Shown here: positions 52,122-63,883 of the stretch, in pieces
Position numbering within the stretch: position 1 is the stretch's first letter
Layout of the letters: each line of letters begins with the position of its first letter
DNA from: Schleiferiaceae bacterium
Lineage (GTDB): Bacteria > Bacteroidota > Bacteroidia > Flavobacteriales > Schleiferiaceae
Length of the DNA stretch: 64,000 bases
Reading direction: 5' to 3'
Assembly (NCBI GenBank): GCA_030833905.1
Contig: JAURGG010000001.1
Span: forward strand, 19,411-83,410
Position numbers and translations under genes: made by a program
Notes under the pieces: generated by a model
Database searches by the model: none
Told to the model about the DNA's origin: nothing
The model's input: only the letters and a program-made list of their open reading frames with translations

Positions 52122-52592
52122 ATGAGAAAGACTCGTGCCAAAAAGCGCCCGTTACTGCCGGATCCCCGTTTTAACGATCCCCTCGTAACTCGTTTTGTGA
52201 ACAACATGATGTACGACGGAAAGAAGTCAACCGCCTTCAAAATCTTCTACGACGCCATTGATTTGGTTTCGGAGCGCACCGGTGAGGCCAATGGCCTTGA
52301 CCAGTGGAAGACGGCCCTTACCAACGTGATGCCGCACGTAGAGGTGCGCAGCCGTCGTGTAGGTGGAGCGACATTCCAAATTCCGCAACAGATCCGTCCC
52401 GACCGCAAGATTGCCGTGGCAATGAAGTGGTTGATCGGCTACTCACGTAAGCGCAATGAAAAGAGCATGGCAGGTAAGTTGGCCGGCGAAATCATTGCTG
52501 CAGCAAAAGAAGAAGGTGCGGCCGTGAAAAAGCGTATGGATACGCACAAGATGGCTGAGGCCAACAAGGCGTTCTCACACTTCCGTTTCTAA
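52122..52592 (+). CDS. rpsG: 30S ribosomal protein uS7
   Basis: 156 aa. Canonical S7 sequence in the str operon position. Confidence 0.98.
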   Translation: MRKTRAKKRPLLPDPRFNDPLVTRFVNNMMYDGKKSTAFKIFYDAIDLVSERTGEANGLDQWKTALTNVMPHVEVRSRRVGGATFQIPQQIRPDRKIAVAMKWLIGYSRKRNEKSMAGKLAGEIIAAAKEEGAAVKKRMDTHKMAEANKAFSHFRF

Positions 52593-52610
52593 CCACAGTT
52601 TATACAAACG

Positions 52611-54740
52611 ATGGCTTCACGCGACCTTAAATACACCCGCAACATCGGCATCATGGCCCACATTGATGCTGGTAAGACAACGACTACCGAGCGCATTCTT
52701 TACTACACTGGCGTGAGCCATAAGATTGGTGAAGTGCACGACGGAGCTGCTACCATGGACTGGATGGTTCAGGAGCAGGAGCGCGGCATCACCATTACCT
52801 CTGCTGCGACGACGTGCTTTTGGCGCTTCCCAACGGTACAGGGCAAGGACATCGCGGGCCAGACTGAAGAGTACAAGATTAACATCATTGATACTCCAGG
52901 TCACGTTGACTTTACGGTAGAGGTAGAGCGCTCACTTCGTGTTCTAGACGGTGCTGTGGCACTTCTTTGTGCGGTAGGTGGCGTTCAGCCCCAAACTGAA
53001 ACAGTATGGCGTCAAGCCACGAAGTACAGTGTTCCTCGTATTGCGTTCGTCAATAAGATGGACCGTACTGGAGCTGACTTCTTTAACGTGGTACGTCAAA
53101 TCGACGAGAAGCTGCGCGGTAATGCTGTGCCACTTCAGGTACCCATCGGTGCGGAAGCTGAGTTCCGTGGCGTAGTCGACTTGCTCACCAAGAAGGCGAT
53201 CATTTGGAATGATGACTCTCAGGGCATGACCTACGACGAGATTGAGATTCCTGCTGATCTGGTTGCGACTGTAGATGAATACCGCGAGAAGCTCGTTGAG
53301 GCAGTTGCTGAGTTCGACGACAACCTCATGGAGAAGTTCTTCGAAGATCCTGCAAGCATCACGCGTGAGGAGCTTACTGCGGCAATTCGCAAGGCGGTTA
53401 TTGCCATGAAAATCACTCCAGTACTTTGCGGCTCTGCGTTCAAGAACAAGGGCGTGCAAACTATGCTTGACGCAGTAATGGAGTACCTTCCTTCACCTGT
53501 AGATGTTGAGGCTATTTCTGGTATTAACCCTGACACTGACCTCGAAGAAGTACGTCGCCCTCTATCTACGGATCCTTTAGCGGCCCTTGCATTCAAGATT
53601 GCAACTGACCCCTTCGTTGGTCGCTTGTGCTTCTTCCGCGTCTACTCTGGTAAGATTGACGCTGGTTCGTACGTGAAGAACATGCGTACTGGCAACAAGG
53701 AGCGCATCAGCCGCATCTTCCAAATGCACGCCAACAAGCAGAATCCTATCGATGTGATCGAAGCTGGTGACATCGGTGCTGGTGTTGGCTTTAAAGATAT
53801 CCGTACTGGAGATACCTTGTGCGACGAAAAGAATCCTATCGTACTTGAGTCTATGAGTTTCCCTGAGCCGGTTATCGGACTCGCGGTTGAACCAAAAACT
53901 CAGGCTGACGTAGATAAGTTGGGTATGTCTTTGGCAAAGCTTGCCGAAGAGGATCCCACCTTCCGTGTACATACCGATGAAGAGACTGGCCAAACGGTTA
54001 TCTCTGGAATGGGTGAGCTTCACTTGGAGATCATTGTTGACCGCCTAAAGCGTGAGTTTAAGGTAGAATGCAACCAAGGTGCTCCTCAAGTACAGTACAA
54101 AGAGGCACTGACTTCAACCATCAACCACCGCGAGGTCTACAAGAAGCAAACAGGTGGTCGCGGTAAGTTCGCGGACATTGTGTTCACGATTGGACCTGCG
54201 GACGAAGCGCACACTGGCGGACTTCAGTTTGTCAACGAGATTAAGGGCGGTAACGTACCTAAGGAATATATTCCTTCAATCGAGAAGGGCTTCAAAGAGG
54301 CCATGAAAAACGGTCCATTGGCTGGTTACGGCATCGACGCGATGAAGGTTACCCTAACGGATGGTTCGTTCCACCCTGTTGACTCTGATTCACTTTCGTT
54401 TGAATTGGCAGCTAAAATCGGTTTTAGGGAAGCAGCTCGCAAAGCGCGTCCGGTAATCCTTGAGCCAATCATGAAGATGGAGGTTGTAATGCCCGAATCA
54501 AGCATGGGTGATGTCGTAGGTGACCTCAACAAGCGCCGTGGAATGGTGGAAGGTATGGATACGAAAGATGGCGACAGCCTCGTTCGCGCCAAGGTGCCTT
54601 TGAGTGAAATGTTCGGTTATGTGACTACGTTGCGTACGCTGACCTCTGGTCGCGGTTCTTCGAGCATGGAATTCAGCCACTTCTCAGAGACCCCTTCAAG
54701 CATCTCTGAGGCTGTAATTGAAAAAGTAAAAGGCAAATAA
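52611..54740 (+). CDS. fusA: elongation factor G
   Basis: 709 aa with [21 protein letters not shown] and EF-G domains II-V. Confidence 0.98.
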   Translation: MASRDLKYTRNIGIMAHIDAGKTTTTERILYYTGVSHKIGEVHDGAATMDWMVQEQERGITITSAATTCFWRFPTVQGKDIAGQTEEYKINIIDTPGHVDFTVEVERSLRVLDGAVALLCAVGGVQPQTETVWRQATKYSVPRIAFVNKMDRTGADFFNVVRQIDEKLRGNAVPLQVPIGAEAEFRGVVDLLTKKAIIWNDDSQGMTYDEIEIPADLVATVDEYREKLVEAVAEFDDNLMEKFFEDPASITREELTAAIRKAVIAMKITPVLCGSAFKNKGVQTMLDAVMEYLPSPVDVEAISGINPDTDLEEVRRPLSTDPLAALAFKIATDPFVGRLCFFRVYSGKIDAGSYVKNMRTGNKERISRIFQMHANKQNPIDVIEAGDIGAGVGFKDIRTGDTLCDEKNPIVLESMSFPEPVIGLAVEPKTQADVDKLGMSLAKLAEEDPTFRVHTDEETGQTVISGMGELHLEIIVDRLKREFKVECNQGAPQVQYKEALTSTINHREVYKKQTGGRGKFADIVFTIGPADEAHTGGLQFVNEIKGGNVPKEYIPSIEKGFKEAMKNGPLAGYGIDAMKVTLTDGSFHPVDSDSLSFELAAKIGFREAARKARPVILEPIMKMEVVMPESSMGDVVGDLNKRRGMVEGMDTKDGDSLVRAKVPLSEMFGYVTTLRTLTSGRGSSSMEFSHFSETPSSISEAVIEKVKGK

Positions 54741-54748
54741 TAGGATCG

Positions 54749-55054
54749 ATGAGCCAGAAAATTCGCATCAAGCTTAAGTCCTACGACCACAACCTCGTAG
54801 ACAAGAGCGCCGAAAAAATCGTAAAGACGGTAAAGAGTACCGGAGCCGTAGTAAACGGCCCCATTCCCTTGCCAACTAACAAGCGCATTTACACTGTATT
54901 GCGCAGCCCACACGTCAACAAAAAGGCGCGTGAGCAGTTCGAGTTGTCAAGCTACAAGCGCTTGCTTGACATTTACTCGTCTTCAAGTAAAACCATCGAT
55001 GCCCTGATGAAGCTTGAGCTTCCTAGCGGTGTTGAGGTTGAGATCAAAGTATAA
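54749..55054 (+). CDS. rpsJ: 30S ribosomal protein uS10
   Basis: 101 aa: [10 protein letters not shown]..., canonical S10. Only 8 nt after fusA, with no tuf gene in between. Confidence 0.98.
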   Translation: MSQKIRIKLKSYDHNLVDKSAEKIVKTVKSTGAVVNGPIPLPTNKRIYTVLRSPHVNKKAREQFELSSYKRLLDIYSSSSKTIDALMKLELPSGVEVEIKV

Positions 55055-55075
55055 TAATCCCTAGAATTCCTGACA

Positions 55076-55687
55076 ATGCCTGGACTAATTGGCAAAAAAA
55101 TCGGAATGACCAGCATCTTCGACGGTGACGGAAAGAATTTCCCGTGTACCGTTATTGAAATGGGTCCCTGCGTGGTGACTCAGCTCAAGACGAATGATGT
55201 CGATGGTTACGAAGCCGTGCAGATCGGATATGGCGAAAAGAAACACGCCACATCGCCTGCCGCCGGCCACGCTGCAAAGGCTAACACCTCTGCAAAATCA
55301 AAATATGTAGAATTCCGTGAATTCGGAACAGAAGTTTCCTTGGGCCAAGTGCTCACGGTTGCCATGTTCGAAGAAGGTGAATTCGTTGACGTTGCGGGCC
55401 AGTCGAAAGGCAAGGGCTTCCAAGGTGTTGTCAAGCGTCACGGCTTTAGCGGTGTCGGCGAGGCGAGCCATGGTCAGCACAACCGTCTACGCGCTCCGGG
55501 TTCTATTGGTGCAGGTTCTGACCCAAGCCGTGTATTCCGCGGAATGCGCATGGGAGGCCGTACCGGTAATACGCGTATTAAAATCCAAAACCTTCAGATT
55601 CTGAAGGTCGATGCAGAGAAGAATCTGCTCGTTGTCAAAGGTTCCATTCCCGGCGCGAAGCAGTCGCTTGTAATTGTTGAGAAGTAA
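55076..55687 (+). CDS. rplC: 50S ribosomal protein uL3
   Basis: 203 aa: [10 protein letters not shown]..., canonical L3. Confidence 0.98.
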   Translation: MPGLIGKKIGMTSIFDGDGKNFPCTVIEMGPCVVTQLKTNDVDGYEAVQIGYGEKKHATSPAAGHAAKANTSAKSKYVEFREFGTEVSLGQVLTVAMFEEGEFVDVAGQSKGKGFQGVVKRHGFSGVGEASHGQHNRLRAPGSIGAGSDPSRVFRGMRMGGRTGNTRIKIQNLQILKVDAEKNLLVVKGSIPGAKQSLVIVEK

Positions 55688-56319
55688 TGGAAGTTCGCAT
55701 TTTAAACCAGCAGGGTCAGGAGACCGGTCGTACGGCTCAGTTGAATGACGAGATCTTCGGTATCACTCCGAATGATCATGCAATGTACCTCGATGTGAAG
55801 CAGTACTTGGCCAATCAGCGCCAGGGAACGCACAAGAGCAAGCAGCGTGCTGAGATCGCGCGTACCACTAAGAAGCTGCATAAGCAGAAAGGTACGGGTG
55901 GCGCTCGTCACGGTAGCATGAAATCACCTTTGTACCGTGGTGGTGGCCGTGTATTCGGCCCCATTCCACACGAGTACGGTTTCAAGCTCAACAAGAAGTT
56001 GAAATTGGTAGCTCGTAAGTCGGCTTTGAGCCAATTGGTGGCGTCAAATCAGATCCTCGTTGTGGATCAAATTGCAATGGCTGCTCCTAAGACTAAGGAT
56101 TACGGAATGATTCTTAAGGCTTTAGGTCTTGAAGGCAAGAAATCCACTGTAGTATTGGATGAACCAAATAATTCAGTATATTTGTCGTCCCGCAATTTTG
56201 AGGGCTCAAAAGTTGTAATTGCTTCAGAATTAAGCACTTATTCAATTTTGAACGGCGGTACACTAGTACTTCTTGAGCCTTCGATTGCGAAAATTGAAAC
56301 CGCCCTAACGGCCAAATAG
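55687..56319 (+). CDS. rplD: 50S ribosomal protein uL4
   Basis: 210 aa. Canonical L4 (KQKGTGGARHGS). Confidence 0.97.
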   Translation: MEVRILNQQGQETGRTAQLNDEIFGITPNDHAMYLDVKQYLANQRQGTHKSKQRAEIARTTKKLHKQKGTGGARHGSMKSPLYRGGGRVFGPIPHEYGFKLNKKLKLVARKSALSQLVASNQILVVDQIAMAAPKTKDYGMILKALGLEGKKSTVVLDEPNNSVYLSSRNFEGSKVVIASELSTYSILNGGTLVLLEPSIAKIETALTAK

Positions 56320-56321
56320 TG

Positions 56322-56615
56322 ATGGAACAGATTCTCATTCGCCCGGTACTTACCGAGAAAGCGACTGCCTCAGCAGAGGTAGCGAATCGCTACACGTTTG
56401 TCGTCGATAAGAAGGCGAACAAGCTTCAGATTAAAAAGGCTGTAGAGGAGCTTTACAAGGTGAACGTCGAGCACGTTCGCACTATGATTGCTCCAGCTAA
56501 GCGCATCGTGCGCTACACTAAGGCAGGGGTTATGGAAGGTCGCAAGCCGTCTTTAAAGAAGGCTGTGATTGAGGTCCGTGCTGGTGAAACTATTGACATC
56601 TACGCAAACCTCTAA
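56322..56615 (+). CDS. rplW: 50S ribosomal protein uL23
   Basis: MEQILIRPVLTEKA... The ATG at 56322 is preferred over the tracked GTG at 56319. Confidence 0.95.
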   Translation: MEQILIRPVLTEKATASAEVANRYTFVVDKKANKLQIKKAVEELYKVNVEHVRTMIAPAKRIVRYTKAGVMEGRKPSLKKAVIEVRAGETIDIYANL

Positions 56616-56618
56616 GTC

Positions 56619-57443
56619 ATGGGCGTACGTAAACTAAAACCGATGACTCCAGGCCAGCGCCTGCGTTCGGTAAATGATTTTGCTATGGTGACGTCTGGTG
56701 CTCCTGAAAAGAGCTTGACGGTTGCCAAGAAGCGTTCTGGAGGACGTAACAATACCGGTAAAATGACGATGCGCTACCTCGGTGGTGGTGCAAAGCAGCG
56801 TTACCGTTTGGTCGACTTCAAGCGCGATAAGTTTAACATCCCCGCTACCGTTAAAAGCATTGAGTACGATCCAAACCGTACTGCTTTTATCGCCCTGTTG
56901 GTATACGCAGACGGTGAGAAGCGCTACATTATTGCTCCTAATGGCATTCAAGTAGGTCAGACCCTTCAGAGTGGTCGTGGTATCGCTCCAGAGGTCGGAA
57001 ACGCAATGAAGTTGAGCGAAATGCCTTTGGGTACGATTGTTCACAATATTGAGCTACGTCCTGGTCAAGGTGGTATCATCGCTCGATCAGCCGGTGCATT
57101 TGCCCAGTTGGCCGCTCGTGATGGTAAGTACGCTGTACTTCGCATGCCTTCAGGTGAGAGCCGTATGATTTTGACCGAGTGTATGGCGACGATTGGAACT
57201 GTCTCTAATGCTGACCATGCACAAGTGGACAGCGGTAAGGCAGGTCGTAGCCGTTGGTTAGGTCGTCGTCCACGGACACGTGCCGTTGCAATGAACCCTG
57301 TGGATCACCCAATGGGTGGTGGTGAAGGCCGTGCTTCTGGTGGTCACCCACGTTCACGCAAGGGTATTCCTGCGAAAGGATACAAAACGCGTACGCCTAA
57401 GAAGGCGAGCAACCGTTACATCATTGAAAAACGTAAGAAGTAA
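56619..57443 (+). CDS. rplB: 50S ribosomal protein uL2
   Basis: 274 aa. Canonical L2 ([13 protein letters not shown]). Confidence 0.98.
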   Translation: MGVRKLKPMTPGQRLRSVNDFAMVTSGAPEKSLTVAKKRSGGRNNTGKMTMRYLGGGAKQRYRLVDFKRDKFNIPATVKSIEYDPNRTAFIALLVYADGEKRYIIAPNGIQVGQTLQSGRGIAPEVGNAMKLSEMPLGTIVHNIELRPGQGGIIARSAGAFAQLAARDGKYAVLRMPSGESRMILTECMATIGTVSNADHAQVDSGKAGRSRWLGRRPRTRAVAMNPVDHPMGGGEGRASGGHPRSRKGIPAKGYKTRTPKKASNRYIIEKRKK

Positions 57444-57445
57444 TC

Positions 57446-57724
57446 ATGGCACGTTCGCTTAAAAAAGGTCCTTACATCCACTTCAAGCTTGAGAAGCGTG
57501 TGATGGAGAATGTTGAGGCAGGTAAGAAGACCGTGATCAAGACTTGGTCTCGCGCTTCAATGATTAGTCCAGATTTTGTCGGCCAGACCATTGCGGTCCA
57601 CAACGGCAAAACCTTTGTACCCGTTTATGTTACCGAAAACATGGTAGGTCACAAGCTTGGAGAATTTGCTCCAACGCGTGTATTCCGCGGCCATGCTGGT
57701 AAAAAAGATAAAGGCAAAAAGTAA
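57446..57724 (+). CDS. rpsS: 30S ribosomal protein uS19
   Basis: 92 aa: ARSLKKGPY..., canonical S19. Confidence 0.98.
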   Translation: MARSLKKGPYIHFKLEKRVMENVEAGKKTVIKTWSRASMISPDFVGQTIAVHNGKTFVPVYVTENMVGHKLGEFAPTRVFRGHAGKKDKGKK

Positions 57725-57730
57725 TAAGCG

Positions 57731-58153
57731 ATGGGAGCTCGTAAAAAAATCCGCGCTAACGCGATTAAAGAGGCACGACGCAGTGTAGCTATGGCTTCAC
57801 TGAATAACTGCCCAACTTCACCCCGCAAGATGCGCCTTATGGCAGATCTCATTCGTGGAATGGAGGTAGCTAAGGCACTCTATGTACTGAAGCATAGCAG
57901 CAAAGAGGCGTCAATTCGTCTTGAAAAGTTGCTTCTTTCAGCCTTGACCAATTGGCAAACCAAAAACCCAGAGGCTTCGGTCGATTCTGGTTTAGTGGTC
58001 CAGAGTATTATGGTCGATGGTGGCCGTATGCTAAAGCGTGTCCAACCCGCACCACAGGGCCGTGCCCACCGTGTGCGCAAGCGTTCAAACCACGTTACCC
58101 TGGTGGTGGGTCGTGTTGCCGAAGAAGGTTCAACCAGCTCTGAAAACGCCTAA
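57731..58153 (+). CDS. rplV: 50S ribosomal protein uL22
   Basis: 140 aa. L22 core with an extended C-terminus. Confidence 0.96.
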   Translation: MGARKKIRANAIKEARRSVAMASLNNCPTSPRKMRLMADLIRGMEVAKALYVLKHSSKEASIRLEKLLLSALTNWQTKNPEASVDSGLVVQSIMVDGGRMLKRVQPAPQGRAHRVRKRSNHVTLVVGRVAEEGSTSSENA

Positions 58154-58155
58154 TC

Positions 58156-58929
58156 ATGGGACAAAAAGCTAATCCTATTGGCAATCGCCTTGGCTACATC
58201 CGTGGATGGGAGTCTAATTGGTACGGTGGCCGTAACTACGGAGATAAAATTGCTGAAGATGCAGCAATTCGTAAATACTTATATGCTCGTCTTAGTCGTG
58301 CAAACGTGTCGCGCATCATCATTGAGCGTACGCTTAAAGTTGTCACTGTAACGATTGCAACGGCTCGTCCTGGTGTGATTATCGGAAAAGGTGGTACTGA
58401 AGTAGACAAGCTTCGCGAAGAGCTCAAAAAGCTCACCAAGAAAGAGGTACAGATCAATATTCACGAGATTAAGCGTCCTGAACTAGATGCCAAGCTTGTT
58501 GCTGATAGTATTGCACGCCAGATCGAAGGTCGTATTTCTTTTCGCCGCGCTATCAAAATGTCTATGGGCAGTACGATGCGTATGGGAGCAGAGGGAATTA
58601 AAGTTCAGATCAGCGGTCGTTTGAATGGTGCTGAGATTGCCCGTTCTGAGAAGTTCAAAGAAGGTCGTACTCCACTGCACACGTTCCGTGCGGACATTGA
58701 CTACCACATCTCTGAAGCGCATACCACCTACGGTCGTATCGGCATCAAGGTGTGGATCATGAAAGGTGAAGTATATGGCAAGCGCGACTTGAGTAATGTA
58801 CTTGGTCAATCTGGTAAGCGTGTTGGCGCTGGAGCTCCTTCATCAGGAGGTTCTGACCGTCCACGTCGTGGTGGTGGCCCTGGCGCTGGTGACCGTCGTC
58901 GTCCCAACAACAACAACCGTAAAGCTTAA
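58156..58929 (+). CDS. rpsC: 30S ribosomal protein uS3
   Basis: 257 aa: [13 protein letters not shown]..., KH domain and a basic G/R-rich tail. Confidence 0.98.
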   Translation: MGQKANPIGNRLGYIRGWESNWYGGRNYGDKIAEDAAIRKYLYARLSRANVSRIIIERTLKVVTVTIATARPGVIIGKGGTEVDKLREELKKLTKKEVQINIHEIKRPELDAKLVADSIARQIEGRISFRRAIKMSMGSTMRMGAEGIKVQISGRLNGAEIARSEKFKEGRTPLHTFRADIDYHISEAHTTYGRIGIKVWIMKGEVYGKRDLSNVLGQSGKRVGAGAPSSGGSDRPRRGGGPGAGDRRRPNNNNRKA

Positions 58930-58934
58930 TCGTC

Positions 58935-59357
58935 ATGCTTCAGCCGAAAAAGACTAAGTTCCGCAAAATGTTTAAGGGCAAGATGAAGGGTAGCGCTCAG
59001 CGCGGTGCCACTCTGGCCTTTGGTTCATACGGTATTAAGTCCCTTGAAGAGGTATGGATGACAGCCCGTCAAATTGAGGCTGCCCGTATCGCTGCTACCC
59101 GCTACATGAAGCGTGAGGGACAGCTTTGGATTCGAATCTTTCCAGACAAGCCTATTACGAAGAAACCTCTTGAGGTTCGTATGGGTAAGGGTAAAGGTGC
59201 GGTAGAATACTGGGCTGCTGTAGTTCGTCCAGGTCGAATGCTCTTTGAACTCGATGGAGTTTCTGAGGACATTGCAAAAGAAGCACTTCGCCTTGCGGCA
59301 CAAAAGCTTCCTGTGAAGACGAAGTTCGTGGTTCGTCGTGATTTGGTTAACGCTTAA
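58935..59357 (+). CDS. rplP: 50S ribosomal protein uL16
   Basis: 140 aa: [11 protein letters not shown]..., canonical L16. Confidence 0.98.
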   Translation: MLQPKKTKFRKMFKGKMKGSAQRGATLAFGSYGIKSLEEVWMTARQIEAARIAATRYMKREGQLWIRIFPDKPITKKPLEVRMGKGKGAVEYWAAVVRPGRMLFELDGVSEDIAKEALRLAAQKLPVKTKFVVRRDLVNA

Positions 59358-59560
59358 TGCCCAGTACCATGACAACTGCTGAATTGAAGAAAATGACTGC
59401 CGAAGAATTGGCAAACCAGTACCGCACGCAAAAGACGGAACTTCTCGACCTTAAGCGCAAGCACCGCTTGAGCCCGCTTGAGAACCCCATGCGACTCACC
59501 GCGCTCCGCAAGGACGTGGCTCGTTTGGCAACTGAATTGACCCAGCGTTCTAAGAACTAA
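59357..59560 (+). CDS. rpmC: 50S ribosomal protein uL29
   Basis: L29 helical hairpin sequence. The TAATG-overlapping ATG at 59357 is used here; the ATG at 59369 (MTTAELKK..., 63 aa) is an equally plausible start. Confidence 0.9.
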   Translation: MPSTMTTAELKKMTAEELANQYRTQKTELLDLKRKHRLSPLENPMRLTALRKDVARLATELTQRSKN

Positions 59561-59564
59561 TACG

Positions 59565-59825
59565 ATGGAAAACCAACGCAATCTGCGCAAAGAGCGCATC
59601 GGGGTAGTGACCTCGTCAGCTATGGACAAGACGGTTACCGTCAACGTATCACGTCGTGTGAAGCACGGTATGTACGGAAAGTTCATCACCTTCTCTAATA
59701 AGTTTCACGCTCACGACGAAAAGAATGACTGCAACCAAGGCGACACTGTGCGCATTATGGAAGTTCGTCCTCTTTCGAAGACCAAGAACTGGCGTGTTGT
59801 TGAAATCATTGAGCGCGCTAAGTAA
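59565..59825 (+). CDS. rpsQ: 30S ribosomal protein uS17
   Basis: 86 aa. Canonical S17 ([14 protein letters not shown]). Confidence 0.97.
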   Translation: MENQRNLRKERIGVVTSSAMDKTVTVNVSRRVKHGMYGKFITFSNKFHAHDEKNDCNQGDTVRIMEVRPLSKTKNWRVVEIIERAK

Positions 59826-59832
59826 TTAAAAG

Positions 59833-60201
59833 ATGCTACAGACAGAATCAAGGCTCCGCGTTGCGGACAATACCGGCGCCAAAGAAGTTTTGGTGATTCG
59901 CGTGCTGGGTGGTACTCGCCGCCGTTACGCTTCGGTGGGTGACACAATTGTGGTTACCGTTAAAGATGCTACTCCTGCTGGCAATGCCAAAAAGGGAACT
60001 GTATCTAAGGCCGTAGTAGTTCGCACCAAAAAAGAGATTCGCCGTCCGGATGGTTCATACATCCGCTTCGACGACAACGCATGTGTGCTACTCAATGCAG
60101 CTGGTGAAATGCGCGGTACCCGTGTATTTGGTCCGGTTGCTCGTGAGCTTCGCGACAAGCAGTACATGAAGATTGTTTCACTGGCACCTGAAGTGCTTTA
60201 A
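59833..60201 (+). CDS. rplN: 50S ribosomal protein uL14
   Basis: 122 aa: [18 protein letters not shown]..., canonical L14. Confidence 0.98.
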   Translation: MLQTESRLRVADNTGAKEVLVIRVLGGTRRRYASVGDTIVVTVKDATPAGNAKKGTVSKAVVVRTKKEIRRPDGSYIRFDDNACVLLNAAGEMRGTRVFGPVARELRDKQYMKIVSLAPEVL

Positions 60202-60213
60202 TCGCCTAGTACG

Positions 60214-60531
60214 ATGGCAAAGTTTCACATTAAAACTGGAGACACTGTAGTGGTGATCGCTGGTGCTCACAAGGGAGAGCAGGGCAAGATTGTTCGAATG
60301 ATCCCCAAGCAGCACCGCGCGATTGTTGAAGGTGTTAACCTGGTCACAAAGCACCTTAAGCCGAGTGCAACCAACCCACAGGGTGGACTTGAGAAAGTCG
60401 AGGCTCCACTTCATGTTTCAAACCTTATGCTGTTGGACAGCAAGGGTACGGCAACCCGCACGGGATCTCGTGTAGAAGCCAATGGAGTTAAAGTTCGCGT
60501 AGCGAAAAAAACCGGCGAAGTAATTAAGTAA
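60214..60531 (+). CDS. rplX: 50S ribosomal protein uL24
   Basis: 105 aa: [20 protein letters not shown] motif. Confidence 0.97.
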   Translation: MAKFHIKTGDTVVVIAGAHKGEQGKIVRMIPKQHRAIVEGVNLVTKHLKPSATNPQGGLEKVEAPLHVSNLMLLDSKGTATRTGSRVEANGVKVRVAKKTGEVIK

Positions 60532-61070
60532 TGGAACCGAATTTAAAATCGAAGTACCTCGGTCAGGTCGTTCCGGCCATGATGGAGCAGTTTTCTTACA
60601 CGAACCACATGGAGGTTCCGCGTTTGCAGAAGATTGTGTTGAGTCAAGGCCTTGGAGCCGCAGTTTCTGACAAGAAACTCATTGACTACGCAATAGAAGA
60701 AATGTCTACAATTGCTGGGCAGAAAGCTGTAGCTACTAAGTCGAAAAAAGACATCTCAAACTTCAAACTGCGTAAAGGAATGCCCGTGGGTGTTCGCGTA
60801 ACCCTTCGTGGCGAGCGCATGTACGAGTTCCTTGAGCGCCTTTTAGTATCATCGTTACCGCGTATCCGTGACTTTCAAGGTTTGAAGGATGGTTTCGACG
60901 GTCGTGGCAACTACACTTTCGGAATTACCGAGCAGATCATTTTCCCAGAAATCGAGATTGACAAGGTGAACCGTATTTCAGGTATGGACATCACTTTTGT
61001 TACGTCGGCAAACACCGACAAGGAGTGCAAGGCACTTCTTCAAAATTTCGGAATGCCTTTTAAGAAGTAA
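60531..61070 (+). CDS. rplE: 50S ribosomal protein uL5
   Basis: 179 aa. Canonical L5. Confidence 0.98.
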   Translation: MEPNLKSKYLGQVVPAMMEQFSYTNHMEVPRLQKIVLSQGLGAAVSDKKLIDYAIEEMSTIAGQKAVATKSKKDISNFKLRKGMPVGVRVTLRGERMYEFLERLLVSSLPRIRDFQGLKDGFDGRGNYTFGITEQIIFPEIEIDKVNRISGMDITFVTSANTDKECKALLQNFGMPFKK

Positions 61071-61073
61071 GTC

Positions 61074-61343
61074 ATGGCAAAAGAATCAATGAAAGCGCGC
61101 GAGCGCAAGCGTGAGGCTCTCGTAGCAAAATATGCTGCGAAGCGTGCTGCTCTTAAGGAAGCTGGGGACTACGATGCCCTTCAAAAGCTTCCCAAGAACG
61201 CATCTCCAGTTCGCCTTCACAATCGCTGCAAGCTGACTGGTCGTCCTCGTGGATACATGCGTCAGTTTGGTATCTCACGCGTTACGTTCCGCGAGATGGC
61301 CCTTAATGGTCTGATCCCAGGAGTAAAGAAGAGCAGCTGGTAA
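61074..61343 (+). CDS. rpsN: 30S ribosomal protein uS14 (long, non-zinc form)
   Basis: 89 aa ending ...IPGVKKSSW, with no CxxC pairs. Confidence 0.97.
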   Translation: MAKESMKARERKREALVAKYAAKRAALKEAGDYDALQKLPKNASPVRLHNRCKLTGRPRGYMRQFGISRVTFREMALNGLIPGVKKSSW

Positions 61344-61362
61344 CCTCAATAGAAGACAAGAA

Positions 61363-61761
61363 ATGTATACTGATCCCATTGCAGATTTTTTGACTCGCCT
61401 TCGCAACGGTGCGAAAGCTGGTCACGCTGTTGTCGAGGTTCCGAGTAGCAAGATGAAGGCTGAAATTGCCCGTATTCTTATGGACCAAGGCTTCATCAAG
61501 GACTTTAAAGTTGACGAAAACGGCCCGCAGGGCACGCTCAAAGTTGCTTTGAAGTACGATAAGTCATCGAAGCGTTCGGTGATTCGCGGTATTGACCGTG
61601 TTTCTCGTCCAGGACTTCGCAACTACAAATCCTCTACCGAATTACCCCGTGTTAAGAATGGTCTCGGCATTGCGATCGTGAGCACATCACACGGTATGAT
61701 GACCGATAAGGAGGCCCGCACACAGAATGTAGGCGGTGAAGTTGTTTGTTTCGTTTATTAA
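61363..61761 (+). CDS. rpsH: 30S ribosomal protein uS8
   Basis: 132 aa: DPIADFLTRLRNG..., canonical S8. Confidence 0.98.
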   Translation: MYTDPIADFLTRLRNGAKAGHAVVEVPSSKMKAEIARILMDQGFIKDFKVDENGPQGTLKVALKYDKSSKRSVIRGIDRVSRPGLRNYKSSTELPRVKNGLGIAIVSTSHGMMTDKEARTQNVGGEVVCFVY

Positions 61762-61770
61762 GCATCGAAC

Positions 61771-62325
61771 ATGTCACGAGTTGGTAAATCCCCAATCACA
61801 GTCCCCGCAGGCGTAGAGCTTTCGATTGAGGGAAGTGTGGTTACCGTTAAAGGAAAACTAGGAACATTGACCCAGTCAATCAATCCTGAAATTACGTTCG
61901 AGCGTGAAGGTGACGTGTTGACTGTTATTCGTCCTACGGACAATAAGCTTCACCGCGCCCAGCATGGCCTCTACCGTGCCCTGATCAATAACATGATTCA
62001 AGGTGTATCGCAAGGCTTCCAGAAGAAGTTGGAGCTTGTTGGTGTAGGTTACCGTGCTTCACACCAAGGTCAAAACCTCGAGCTTTCGCTTGGTTACTCG
62101 CACATTTTTGTTCTTCAGGTTCCTACGGAGGTTGGCCTCAATACGGTTTCAGAAAAAGGTAAGAACCCAATTGTAGAATTGGCTTCGTACGATAAGCAAT
62201 TGCTTGGAGCAGTTGCCGCTAAAATTCGCAGCTTGCGCAAACCTGAGCCGTTCAAAGGCAAGGGTGTTCGCTACGTCGGTGAGATTGTTCGCCGCAAAGC
62301 TGGTAAGTCTGGTGCTAAGAAGTAA
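61771..62325 (+). CDS. rplF: 50S ribosomal protein uL6
   Basis: 184 aa: MSRVGKSPI..., canonical L6. Confidence 0.98.
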   Translation: MSRVGKSPITVPAGVELSIEGSVVTVKGKLGTLTQSINPEITFEREGDVLTVIRPTDNKLHRAQHGLYRALINNMIQGVSQGFQKKLELVGVGYRASHQGQNLELSLGYSHIFVLQVPTEVGLNTVSEKGKNPIVELASYDKQLLGAVAAKIRSLRKPEPFKGKGVRYVGEIVRRKAGKSGAKK

Positions 62326-62331
62326 GATATT

Positions 62332-62688
62332 ATGGCAACGAAAAGTTTAACTCGTCGCGAGCGCATTCACCTGCGCGTTCGCAAAGTGGTCGAAGGATCG
62401 GCATCACGTCCTCGCTTGGCCGTGTTCCGTTCTAGTAAAGAAATTTACGCACAGGTCATTGATGACCAATCTGGTGTAACACTTTGTTCAGCCTCTTCGC
62501 TCAAGAAGTCAGGACGTGAAGTGAGCGGCTCCAAGCTGGAGCAAGCTCGTCAGGTTGGGATCAAGGTTGCGGAGCTTGCAAAGGCGAAGGGCATTGAGAA
62601 TGTATCATTTGACCGCGGTGGTTTTTTGTACCACGGACGTGTAAAATCATTGGCTGAAGGAGCACGCGAAGGCGGCTTGAATTTCTAA
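62332..62688 (+). CDS. rplR: 50S ribosomal protein uL18
   Basis: 118 aa. Canonical L18 ([20 protein letters not shown]). Confidence 0.98.
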   Translation: MATKSLTRRERIHLRVRKVVEGSASRPRLAVFRSSKEIYAQVIDDQSGVTLCSASSLKKSGREVSGSKLEQARQVGIKVAELAKAKGIENVSFDRGGFLYHGRVKSLAEGAREGGLNF

Positions 62689-62695
62689 GATCGTT

Positions 62696-63214
62696 ATGAA
62701 AGAGATTGCATCTAAAAAAGTAAAGCCAAGCGGCTTGGAGCTTGTTGACCGCCTCGTAGGTGTGCAGCGCGTAACCAAAACCACAAAAGGTGGCCGTACG
62801 TTCTCATTTACCGCAATTGTTGTTGTGGGTGACGAGCACGGTATTGGTGGCTACGGCTTGGGTAAGTCAAAAGAAGTTTCTGAGGCAGTGACCAAGGGAA
62901 TCGAAGACGCCAAGAAAAATTTGTACAAGTTTCCTGTATCAAAGGGCACTGTTCCCCACGAGCAAGATGGTAAGTTCGGCGGAGCGCGCGTATTCCTGCG
63001 CCCTGCTTCAAGCGGTACTGGTGTAATCGCCGGTGGTGCAATGCGTGCCGTTCTTGAGTGTGTTGGTGTTCACGACGTTCTTGCGAAGAGCAAGGGTTCA
63101 TCAAACCCACACAACCTCGTTAAGGCGACGTTTGAAGCACTTCACTTGATGCGCGATGCGCACCAAGTTGCCAAGACACGCGGTATTGCTCTTAATAAAG
63201 TATTCAACGGTTAA
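62696..63214 (+). CDS. rpsE: 30S ribosomal protein uS5
   Basis: 172 aa. Canonical S5 ([12 protein letters not shown]). Confidence 0.98.
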   Translation: MKEIASKKVKPSGLELVDRLVGVQRVTKTTKGGRTFSFTAIVVVGDEHGIGGYGLGKSKEVSEAVTKGIEDAKKNLYKFPVSKGTVPHEQDGKFGGARVFLRPASSGTGVIAGGAMRAVLECVGVHDVLAKSKGSSNPHNLVKATFEALHLMRDAHQVAKTRGIALNKVFNG

Positions 63215-63227
63215 TTCATACGATACC

Positions 63228-63413
63228 ATGGCACGTATTAAAGTCACAAAGGTTCGCAGTACGATTGACCGTCCGCCGTACCAAAAAGCAACGATGGAGG
63301 CTCTTGGCCTTCGTAAGATGAATCAGTGTGTGGAGCACGAGGCTACCCCCCAAATTTTGGGTATGGTACGCGCGGTGAACCACTTAGTTAAAGTTGAAGA
63401 AGTTAACGCCTAA
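63228..63413 (+). CDS. rpmD: 50S ribosomal protein uL30
   Basis: 61 aa from the ATG at 63228: MARIKVTKVRSTIDRPPYQKATMEALGLRK. The tracked upstream extension overlaps rpsE and is rejected. Confidence 0.95.
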   Translation: MARIKVTKVRSTIDRPPYQKATMEALGLRKMNQCVEHEATPQILGMVRAVNHLVKVEEVNA

Positions 63414-63418
63414 TTATC

Positions 63419-63883
63419 ATGGCAGCATTGCACGAACTTAAGCCTGCTCCAGGAGCAGTGAAGACCAAGAAGCGCCTCGGGCGCGGAGAAGGTACGGGTA
63501 ACGGCGGAACCGCCGGAGCTGGTCATAAGGGTCAAAAGGCTCGTACGGGCTACAGCAAGAAAATTGGTTTTGAGGGTGGTCAAATGCCACTCCAGCGCCG
63601 TGTTCCCAAGTTTGGTTTCAAAAATCCAAACCGTGTGGAGTTCCGTGCAATCAATCTTGATGTACTCGCCCAGATGGCCGAAAACCACAAGATTACTGAA
63701 ATCGGTCCTTTGGAATTGGTACAATTCGGATTGGCCGGTAAGAATGATCTTATTAAGGTTTTGGGTCGTGGTGAAGTGACAAGCGCACTTACCGTAACTG
63801 TTCACAAGGTGAGTCAATCTGCTGCTGCAGCTATTACTGCTGCGGGTGGTAGTGTGAACCTCCTTCAAGGAAAGGCTGAGTAA
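63419..63883 (+). CDS. rplO: 50S ribosomal protein uL15
   Basis: 154 aa: LHELKPAPGA.K.KKRLGRG.G.G.G, canonical L15. Confidence 0.98.
   Translation: MAALHELKPAPGAVKTKKRLGRGEGTGNGGTAGAGHKGQKARTGYSKKIGFEGGQMPLQRRVPKFGFKNPNRVEFRAINLDVLAQMAENHKITEIGPLELVQFGLAGKNDLIKVLGRGEVTSALTVTVHKVSQSAAAAITAAGGSVNLLQGKAE

Noticed and set aside
54741-54748. Missing tuf gene between fusA and rpsJ
   Set aside because: In Bacteroidota, tuf normally sits elsewhere, near secE-nusG. An 8-nt fusA-rpsJ junction is the usual arrangement for the phylum and not an anomaly.
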